Source: an archaeon
Lineage (GTDB): Archaea > Iainarchaeota > Iainarchaeia > Iainarchaeales > CSSED10-239
DNA: 23,876 bases
Reading direction: 5' to 3'
NCBI GenBank assembly: GCA_035387745.1
Contig: DAOOON010000003.1
Span: 1-23,876 of the forward strand
Shown one piece after another: positions 8,139 to 15,900 of the stretch. A program made the translations under genes and the position numbers. The first letter of the stretch is position 1. The number at the start of each line of letters is the position of its first letter. The notes beneath the pieces are model-generated. The model was not told where the DNA came from. It searched no databases and saw only the letters and a list, made by a program, of their open reading frames with translations.

Positions 8139-8546
8139 TTACTGATGGAATTTTCTTTCAACATCGTCTATCAAGATATCACATTCTGCTTTTATCTTTT
8201 CTAAATTTTTAATTATTCTTATTTTTTCAAGCTCTATTGATTGAATATTTTCAAAAGTCTCAACAGATTGTTTAAACATGCCATAATCTACAGAAGTATA
8301 TTCATAGCTATTCATCTTCTTACAAATTGTTTCTACAATTCTACCAAGAAAAAGATTCATTTCTTTCTTTACTATGCCTTTTATTTGTTTATGCTTGTCT
8401 AGATTCTTTCTCATTAATCTAACAACTGTTGCATTTGGAAAAGGCAATTTATTATCATCAAGTTCTATGCCTTCATCTTCAACAGCATCTATAATTTCTT
8501 CTTCAACAGGTTGTATTACTTGGTTTTCTAAATCATTTTCGCTCAT
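8139..8546 (-). CDS. Histone-fold protein (NF-YB/NC2-beta-like) with acidic N-terminal and coiled-coil C-terminal extensions
   Basis: 135-aa ORF. The core 'LPFPNATVVRLMRKNL-DKHKQIK-GIVKKEMNLFLGRIVETICKKMNSY-EYTSVD-YGMFKQSVETF' fits a helix-loop-long helix-loop-helix histone fold. It lies 19 nt upstream of the thermosome gene on the same strand. Confidence 0.45.
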   Translation of the reverse strand: MSENDLENQVIQPVEEEIIDAVEDEGIELDDNKLPFPNATVVRLMRKNLDKHKQIKGIVKKEMNLFLGRIVETICKKMNSYEYTSVDYGMFKQSVETFENIQSIELEKIRIIKNLEKIKAECDILIDDVERKFHQ

Positions 8547-8666
8547 TTTTTGACCCCTCTTTTTTGTTATAAAAATAGTTTTTAATGTATAATATATATA
8601 GGTATAGAAGCCTTTAAATAGGTATTTTTTAGTATAAAAAATACTAAATTTAGAAATAGAAATTAA

Positions 8667-8687
8667 AGGAATAGACTATCTATTCCT
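8667..8687 (-). terminator. 9-bp hairpin (AGGAATAGA-cta-TCTATTCCT) followed on the minus strand by a T-rich tract
   Basis: A perfect inverted repeat read directly from the sequence. It overlaps the stop codon of the 8680..8841 ORF. On the minus strand TTTAATTTCTATTTC follows. Confidence 0.4.
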
Positions 8688-8841
8688 CGTCCTCAAAATC
8701 ATCATCTTCTTCGTCAAAGTCTTCATCTTCTTCTTCTGATTCGTCTTCTTCGTCAAAGTCTTCGAAGTCTTCATCTTCTTTTTCTTCGCCATCATCCATC
8801 TTAAAGACTTGGCCTTCTAAGTCGTTGTTTATTACATACAT
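8680..8841 (-). CDS. Hyper-acidic 53-aa protein, below the ORF-track length cutoff
   Basis: Hand translation gives MYVINNDLEGQVFKMDDGEEKEDEDFEDFDEEDESEEEDEDFDEEDDDFEDEE*. GGTGA lies 9 nt upstream of the ATG. It shares the ATGTATGTA start with the neighbouring acidic ORF. Confidence 0.5.
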   Translation of the reverse strand: MYVINNDLEGQVFKMDDGEEKEDEDFEDFDEEDESEEEDEDFDEEDDDFEDEE

Positions 8842-8878
8842 TTTTTATTTTCACCTTTTGTGTTTTTTAAAAAATTAT

Positions 8879-9061
8879 TTAATCGTCGCTAAAATCGTGA
8901 TCTGAATCAAACTCTTCTTCGTCTTCGTCTTCAAAGTCCTCTGGAGTATATTCTGTCTCTATGTCTTCCTTTTCTTCTTTTATACTCTCATCTCCATCAT
9001 AATCAAAGTCATCAAGATCATAGTCTTTTTCTTCATCTTTTGCTGCCATATATACATACAT
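8879..9061 (-). CDS. Hyper-acidic 60-aa protein
   Basis: The ORF-track product is about 52% Asp+Glu with interspersed Phe/Tyr (DFDYD, EDFEDEDEEEFD). The real start may be the second Met (MAAKDEE). Confidence 0.5.
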   Translation of the reverse strand: MYVYMAAKDEEKDYDLDDFDYDGDESIKEEKEDIETEYTPEDFEDEDEEEFDSDHDFSDD

Positions 9062-9155
9062 ATTTATCGTTCTTTAAAAAAAGTTATTATATAAAAATTA
9101 TGGTGGCATTAACTTTATATATGTTATCGGTAGGCCACAAAATGCCTTACTTTAA

Positions 9156-10103
9156 ATGTATTTCTTAACTAAAATATCTATGGGAGAAGTATATTTGCCA
9201 AAGGAATTTATAGAAAAATATAAATGGCTACTTGGAGATCAAGAAGCGCTTGTTTTTTTTGATTCCTGTAAAACTAGACTTACAAAATCTTTAATCATTA
9301 ATACTCTTAAAACCAAAGATGCTTCTTTTCTTAAAGAACAAGGAATTGAGCTAGAAAAAGTAAAATATATAGATAACGCTTATTTTGTTAAATCTCTTGT
9401 TTCTGGTCTTGGTAACACCATAGAACAAAATATTGGCTTATTCCAAATGCAAGAAATCTCTTCCATGCTTCCTGCTTTTGTTCTTGAACCAAAAGAAACA
9501 GACATTGTTCTTGACATGACAGCGGCTCCTGGTAACAAGACAGGCATCTTAGCACAAATAATGAATAATAAAGGAATGATTGTGGCTAATGATGTGGATA
9601 AAACTAGAATTAAAACTTTAAAATTTACATTAAAAAGGCTAGGTGTAAAAAACACTATAATAACTTGCAGAGATGGAACAAAAATAAACTTTAATTTTAA
9701 ATTTGATAAAATACTTCTTGATGCGCCATGCTCCTGTGAAGGAATGATAAGAAAAAAACCTGATTCCTTAAAGACCTGGTCACACCGAGAAGTAAACTCT
9801 AAATCTGAATTGCAAAAAAAGCTAATAGATAATGCCTTTTCTTTGCTTAAGCCAAATGGTATTCTTGTATATTCTACTTGTACATTATCTCCTGAAGAAA
9901 ATGAAGAAGTAATTGATTTTATTTTAAAGAAAAATAAAAATGCAAAGATTCAAGAAATTAGAATTACTGGGCTTAACTATTCTGTGGGCTTAACAAAATA
10001 CAAGCACAAAAATTTTGATGAAGAATTAAAAAAAGCAATAAGGATTTGGCCACACAAAAGCGAAATTGAAGGCTTTTTTATTTGTAAGATTAGAAAGGAA
10101 TAA
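9156..10103 (+). CDS. NOL1/NOP2/Sun-family RNA (cytosine-C5)-methyltransferase
   Basis: 315-aa ORF. SAM motif is 'DMTAAPGNKT', and the catalytic Cys motifs are 'DAPCSCEG' and 'YSTCTLSPEENE'. The start could instead be the ATG at 9180. Confidence 0.9.
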   Translation: MYFLTKISMGEVYLPKEFIEKYKWLLGDQEALVFFDSCKTRLTKSLIINTLKTKDASFLKEQGIELEKVKYIDNAYFVKSLVSGLGNTIEQNIGLFQMQEISSMLPAFVLEPKETDIVLDMTAAPGNKTGILAQIMNNKGMIVANDVDKTRIKTLKFTLKRLGVKNTIITCRDGTKINFNFKFDKILLDAPCSCEGMIRKKPDSLKTWSHREVNSKSELQKKLIDNAFSLLKPNGILVYSTCTLSPEENEEVIDFILKKNKNAKIQEIRITGLNYSVGLTKYKHKNFDEELKKAIRIWPHKSEIEGFFICKIRKE

Positions 10104-10105
10104 TT

Positions 10106-10591
10106 ATGACAAAAATACTAGACGAAAAAACAAGGAAAAAACTTATAAATTATCTAAATTCGCGTTTTGGTATTGATGGGTCTTTTTTTGAAGATTTTCT
10201 TTTTATAATTTCTGGAAAATCTGTATCGATTATTTATAAAACAAGAGAAACGCAAAAGATTATTGAAAATCAACTAAGACAGAACTTTACTATTTCTTTT
10301 GGTATAGAAATATTCTCTAATTATAAAGACTATAGACCGTCTTCTCTTGGCTTTTCAAGCTTTGAAAAGAAACAAATAAAGCAAAACTTTGTAGAACTGA
10401 CAAGAATCCAAGCAAACACTTACTTTTCAGGAAAAGATATTGCTATTGAAGACCTAAAAAACAAGAATTTGCTATCTTCTGGCTTTGTTGCTTGTATTTC
10501 TGAAAACCATATTATTGGCACAGCAAGCTTTGATAAAGAAAAACAAATTATTATACCAAATCTTTCTTTTGTTAATGAAAACACGAAGTAG
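10106..10591 (+). CDS. Hypothetical protein, possibly a Nip7-like / RsmF C-terminal-like (pre-PUA + PUA) RNA-binding partner of the methyltransferase
   Basis: 161-aa ORF starting 2 nt after the methyltransferase stop. The N-terminal 'LDEKTRKKLINYLNSRFG' and C-terminal 'SGFVACISENHIIGTASFDKEKQIIIPN' resemble Nip7/PUA layouts. This is remembered similarity only. Confidence 0.35.
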   Translation: MTKILDEKTRKKLINYLNSRFGIDGSFFEDFLFIISGKSVSIIYKTRETQKIIENQLRQNFTISFGIEIFSNYKDYRPSSLGFSSFEKKQIKQNFVELTRIQANTYFSGKDIAIEDLKNKNLLSSGFVACISENHIIGTASFDKEKQIIIPNLSFVNENTK

Positions 10592-11470
10592 TTATATTTC
10601 TCTTGAAAGAAATTCTTTTACTTTTTTAAATACCGTTTCATACTCTGTATCAAGCATAACTTGGTGCCCAGACTCTTCTAAAAGAAATCTTTCAACATTG
10701 TTTGAAGAAACAGATAGCATTATTTCTTTGGAGTTGCTTACTGGTATAAGATAGTCCTTTTTACTGTGAATTATAAGTATATCTGCATTCACTTTAGATA
10801 TTTGTTTTTTAACAAGACCAACTAATTGAAATATCTGATGAATAGCATTTGTTGATATTTCTTTGTAAGTGTCTTCATATTCTAGTAATTCATTGTTTAG
10901 CTTAATAAAATCTTTTCTTCTTTTGCTATATATGTTATTAATAATCAATCTTATTTTTTCTGCTGTTGATTGCTTGGTTTGTGATTGCTTTTTAGATATC
11001 TCATTAATTTCAGAAATTATTGTTGACAGCTTTATGTTTGTTCTTTTCCAGTCTGCTAAAATGAGTTTACCAAAGCTAGGATCTATAAAATTAATCGGCG
11101 CAGACATTGTAATAAGCTTATATGGCCTTTTCTTTATAGAGAGATACAAGCATATTGTTCCACCCATTGAAAAACCTAACAATACAACTTTAGAATATTC
11201 TTTTAATAATTCTTCATATATTTTCTCAGAAAAAGAAAGCCAGGTCGTGTATTTTTGTTTACTAAAATCTGTTATGTTTGTCTTGTGCCCTGGAAGAATT
11301 GGTGCGTAAATATCATAATCGTCTTTTAGAAACTCTGCAAGGGGCTTTTGCTCTATTGGAGATGCTGCAAAACCATGTATTATTAATATTGCTATTTCTT
11401 TTTTCTTTTGCGCTCTATAATAATATCCTTTATTTAGTAGCTGCTCTAGGTCTTTAATCATAATTTTCAT
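10592..11470 (-). CDS. Alpha/beta-fold hydrolase (esterase/lipase type) with a long lid insertion
   Basis: 292-aa ORF. It has 'HGFAASP' (oxyanion region), the nucleophile elbow 'GFSMGG', and the C-terminal 'ESGHQVMLD' catalytic His region. Its stop codon directly abuts the stop of the convergent 10106..10591 gene. Confidence 0.8.
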   Translation of the reverse strand: MKIMIKDLEQLLNKGYYYRAQKKKEIAILIIHGFAASPIEQKPLAEFLKDDYDIYAPILPGHKTNITDFSKQKYTTWLSFSEKIYEELLKEYSKVVLLGFSMGGTICLYLSIKKRPYKLITMSAPINFIDPSFGKLILADWKRTNIKLSTIISEINEISKKQSQTKQSTAEKIRLIINNIYSKRRKDFIKLNNELLEYEDTYKEISTNAIHQIFQLVGLVKKQISKVNADILIIHSKKDYLIPVSNSKEIMLSVSSNNVERFLLEESGHQVMLDTEYETVFKKVKEFLSREI

Positions 11471-11489
11471 CTTTTCATAAAAAAAAATA

Positions 11490-11564
11490 TGGGAGAGGCA
11501 GGATTCGAACCTGCGACCGCCCGATTATCAGTCGGGTGCTCCAACCAGGCTAAGCTACACTCCC
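11490..11564 (-). tRNA. tRNA-Ile, anticodon GAU
   Basis: The reverse complement is GGGAGUG-UA-GCUU..GG..GAGC-A-CCCGA-CUGAUAA-UCGGG-CGGUC-GCAGG-UUCGAAU-CCUGC-CUCUCCC-A. It is a canonical 75-nt cloverleaf with a U6:U67 mismatch. Confidence 0.9.
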
Positions 11565-11568
11565 ATTT

Positions 11569-11641
11569 TAGCCCGAAAGAGATTCGAACTCCTGTCGCAA
11601 GGTTCAAAGCCTTGCATGCTTGGCCTCTACACCATCGGGCT
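11569..11641 (-). tRNA. tRNA-Gln, anticodon UUG
   Basis: The reverse complement is AGCCCGA-UG-GUGU..GG..GCAU-G-CAAGG-CUUUGAA-CCUUG-CGAC-AGGAG-UUCGAAU-CUCUU-UCGGGCU-A. The A1:U72 pair is typical of archaeal tRNA-Gln. It ends 4 nt upstream of tRNA-Ile(GAU). Confidence 0.9.
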
Positions 11642-11718
11642 AAAAAACGGTCTATTAATATATATTTTATGAACAGTTATTTTTATAAATAGAATTAAAA
11701 ATAAAAATATACAATTTG

Positions 11719-12906
11719 CTATTTAGACTTAATTATATCAATTAATTCCTTATAGAATAATAAAAACTTTGGATAAAGAACAAGCTTTGGTATAAAACTG
11801 CTAGGATAATCTATGTTTCCGTTATTATTTAAAAAGCTCTCTATTCCTGAGTCTTTTAGTTTTAAAAGAAGATTATCAAATTCTAAATTTGTTTTTTGGT
11901 TTTTAAATTTGTAAAGTCTATAATGAATATTTAATTCTCTAATTAATGATTTTAAGTGTTTATTATAATTTTCAACCTTTTTAAAATTCTTTAATCTTTC
12001 AGTTATTGCTTTTGCAGCATATTCTGCACTGGTAAGTCCAAAGATTATGCCTCCGCCGCTTGTTGCCTTAACAAAGCACGCCGCATCTCCTATTAATAAT
12101 TTATTTTTTTCAAAATAACTATTAATTGGTTTTGCAATTGGTATTTGCCCTGAGCAATCAAATTTAATATTTGTTAATTTTATGTTTCTTTTTGCAATAA
12201 AATCATCTAGTGCTTGCTTTGGATTTTGACCTAAGGGCACACCAATTCCAATTCTGGCAATTGTATAGCTTTCTGGGACTATCCAAGCAAAGAAATTTTT
12301 AGAAAAATCTCCAAAATATAAATTGACCATGTCTTTTGTAAAGTCTCCATTAGCTATGATTTGATAGGTCGATACAAATTCTGCAGTTATGGGTTTTTCT
12401 GTAAATGCACTTCTGACTATTGAATTTGGCCCATCTGCGCCTATTAAATATGTGTAATCCAAATAGATTAATCGGTTATCATCAATAATATTTACTGCAA
12501 CTGACCCCTCTTGAACACTAACTACTTGATGACCAAGTAATATCTCTACACCAACATTTCTTGCAAGCTTTTCAATTTCTTTATCAAAAATTATTCTGTC
12601 TATAACTACTGTTTGAAATCTTTTTGTTCTAAATTGTAGCTCTGCTTTGTTTGGACCATATATATTTGCCCCCCTTATCCTGTTTACTACTAATTTATCA
12701 ATATCTAGAAATGGCGTTAATTTTAACTTCTTCAAACCGAAAATAGAAATATGACCAGTACATGCTTTTGGAATACCTATTTCTTTGTCATTTTCAATTA
12801 TGGTTACTAAAATATTTGGATTAAATCTTTTTATCAAGTAACCGCAATATAATCCGGCGGGTCCGCCTCCAACAATAACAACTCTTGTTTCTAAACCTTT
12901 AATCAT
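11719..12906 (-). CDS. Geranylgeranyl reductase family FAD-dependent oxidoreductase (digeranylgeranylglycerophospholipid reductase-like)
   Basis: 395-aa ORF. It has the dinucleotide-binding motif 'VVIVGGGPAGLYCG', 'PKACTGHIS' (conserved Cys region) and 'GDAACFVKATSGGGI'. Confidence 0.8.
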   Translation of the reverse strand: MIKGLETRVVIVGGGPAGLYCGYLIKRFNPNILVTIIENDKEIGIPKACTGHISIFGLKKLKLTPFLDIDKLVVNRIRGANIYGPNKAELQFRTKRFQTVVIDRIIFDKEIEKLARNVGVEILLGHQVVSVQEGSVAVNIIDDNRLIYLDYTYLIGADGPNSIVRSAFTEKPITAEFVSTYQIIANGDFTKDMVNLYFGDFSKNFFAWIVPESYTIARIGIGVPLGQNPKQALDDFIAKRNIKLTNIKFDCSGQIPIAKPINSYFEKNKLLIGDAACFVKATSGGGIIFGLTSAEYAAKAITERLKNFKKVENYNKHLKSLIRELNIHYRLYKFKNQKTNLEFDNLLLKLKDSGIESFLNNNGNIDYPSSFIPKLVLYPKFLLFYKELIDIIKSK

Positions 12907-12909
12907 TAT

Positions 12910-15900
12910 TTATCTTTTTTTAATAGCAGAAAGAATATATTGATAATCTTCATTAAATTTATCTGATTCTGAACTTTTCTTTGTTTTTTCTTCTGCAGTT
13001 TGTGTTTTGTTTTCTGTGTTTTCTGTTTTTGAGGGCTCTTGTGGGCCATTGGCTTTTTGTTTTTCTTTTCCGTCCTTTCCAAAGTAATCATACATCATCT
13101 TTTTAGAATCTGGTCTTATATCTATCTTTTTATTTTTATAATTATTTATTGCACCAATAATTAATATAATAATTATAATTACTAAAATTGTGGCAATTAA
13201 ATATATGATAATCTGGATATTAATTGGTTTCTTTATATCTAGTTGCTCCGAAGAAACGTTGCCATCAATAATTAATGGGAGCTTTGTATTAAATTCTTTT
13301 GTTATAACATTATATTTTGTAGCTACGTCAACCGCAGTAACTGGTATTAGAGATGTATAAATAAGCTCTTCACTACCGTTTGGCGATATTGCGGTGTTGT
13401 ATTTTATTATTGGATCTTTAACAAGTATTTCTACTTCTTTATTAAATATTAAATTCGAAACATTGCTTGCAAATGATTTGGGGATGTTTTCAACAATTGT
13501 TATTTCTTTAGAAATTGTGCCGATATTTTTAATAATTAATTTTACAGAAAAGAAATTTTGTGTTCCGATTTTTAAAGCGTCAAAGTTTCTATCCACTTTG
13601 ATAGTATTGCTGTCGTAAAGCGCTTTTGTTTTTACTAAAATGTTTTGATCAAGTATTTCCTCTAAAGACACAGGTACATTTGCATCATAAATTACAGATA
13701 ACGTCGTGGATTTTATTATTTCTATTTCTGGTAATAAATCATCTATTGCTTGAATTTCATTTAAAGAAAACTGGTAATCTGCTTTTGCTGAAAGATAATT
13801 TTGGTCAGAATATTTATCATTTCCTTCTGAACGTTTTGTAAATATTATCGTTTTCTTATCATTTATTGTTTGTTCAAGTTTTGAATCTATAATTTTTATT
13901 GCTTTAAATAAATCAATTTCTTCTTCTAGTGTACTTAATTTATTTGCAATTTTATCTCTCAAAAGATCGCAGGTCACTTTATCTTCATCAATAAGATCAA
14001 CAACGTAATTAAATGTTTTTGTTTTTTTGTTTAGTGCTTTATCATAAACATGAATATACATTGTGTGGTTACCATCTGGCGTTTCACTTAAATCATATTC
14101 GCTGAAATTATAATCCGTTACTTGCTGTCTGGAATAAATAACATTTAAATCATCTACTGAATATTCTACTTTAAAAATATCCTCTGGCAGATTATATAGC
14201 CCTATTATATAGGTAACGGAGTCTACAAGTTCGTGCGTAACATTAAAATCTGGAGTCGTGCTATCCATTATAATCTCTAATTCTGAATATGCGGTTTCAT
14301 TTTTTGTGTTTTCGCCGGTTATTTTTATAGTGTTAATTCCTGAGGAAACAAAAGCCGTTGTTGCAGAGCCTTTTTTTGTAGTACTGTCATATGTTGATAA
14401 AATATTTTCATAAGTGCTGCTATTTGCTTTCTTTATGCTTACTTGCGGATTTTCTGATAATGCTTCATCGCTTAAGAATTCAATTGTTTTTGCTCCTGAA
14501 TTAACATATATTTCTCCATTAACATCATTTGAAGGATTGACTTCTATTATAAACCTCGGACCTATTTTTTTTATATTTGCTAGAACTGAAGAACTTAATG
14601 CCGATTCGTTATTTCTTAAGTCTAAAGCACTAACTTTAAAATAAAGATTAATGTCTTGATTAGACATGAAAGTATAATTGTTTGTAGTTGATTCTTTATA
14701 TTCTGCAGTGTTAGTTAAATTGCTTGATGTTGAATAATAAATTCGGTATTTTACTGTGTCGGGTTCTACGCTTTCTGTTGATTCTGTCCAAGTTAGTTTT
14801 GCAGAACCGTCTGTTTGTATTGTTGCAGCAAGGTTTGTAGGAACAGTTGGAGCAGTATTATCATAAATTATATCTGAAGAACAAATAGAAAATCTATCGG
14901 GGTCATCTTCGCTTATTACTTTAACATATATTGTTTTCTCTTCATTTGTTGTTGAACAGCCAGTTCCTGTAGTTAAATTAAAAGAGATATTATCATCTGC
15001 AGCAATTGCTGTTGAGCTCCCGTTATTACAACTTATGCCTATGGCATTAACATCATCTGAAAATTCAATCTCTAATTGGACAACTGGATTATTTGTAAAA
15101 TCGTCTCCATCATTTATTTTAACAGTACAATTATCTGGTCCAGTTGAAATAGAACGGGTGTTGGCATCGCTTATGTTTCCAACATTATCCACACCAACTA
15201 CTCCATAGTATATTGTGTCTCCTATGTCTTTATCGTCGGCATCTTTACAAGTGTATGTGGTTGTGCTTGTTGTACACACTAGTGTTTGATTGCTTATTTC
15301 TGTAAATGTAGTATCGTCTTTATAAACTCTATATTCTTTTAAACCAGAACCTGCGCCATCTGATGACGCTCCAGATTCCCAAGTAATAGTAACGTTCTTA
15401 TCATAATCTTCTATTGATAATTCATTTTTTTGGGGGATTGATGGTGGTGTTAAATCCACAATGATATTAAAATCATCTTGATAGACATTGCCAACATTGT
15501 CTGTTGCAGAGATTTCTACATTATATCTTTCACTTGTAATTACTTGGTGACCAGCTAATGCTGCAGATATTTCCTCCTCAGATATTAAAAAACCAGAACT
15601 ATAACTAGAATCTGTTCTTGATCCACCGTTTGGTAATTTTACGGTCATTGTCGACTCATTAGCAATGCCAGATGCATCACTTAATATAACTGCTAAATCA
15701 AAAACATTTTTGTCTGTATAAACCGTTCCTGTTGAAACATTGCCAACACTTGAATCTTTTATTATTACATCAGAAATTGTTGCTTCAGTATTATCAAAAT
15801 AAACATTTACTTTTGTGTTTTTGACAGCGTCAGAATCTGAATAATTGCCTGCAATATCATTTGCATCAATAACTATATAATAATTGCCGTCTGAAATTAT

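Noticed and set aside
9380-11309. ORFs at 9380..9655 (-), 10485..10754 (+) and 10869..11309 (+).
   Set aside because: They overlap the methyltransferase, PUA-like and hydrolase genes on the opposite strand or in another frame. They have no motifs, so I judge them spurious.
11489-11692. A 67-aa plus-strand ORF.
   Set aside because: It is made of the reverse complement of tRNA-Ile(GAU) and tRNA-Gln(UUG). It is open only because these are GC-rich tRNA genes.
12906-13091. A 61-aa minus-strand ORF, plus the plus-strand ORFs at 13394..16363 within the surface-protein gene.
   Set aside because: These are alternative or antisense frames of the 1200-aa gene. The 61-aa product is pure K/Q/T low complexity derived from the tail-coding region.
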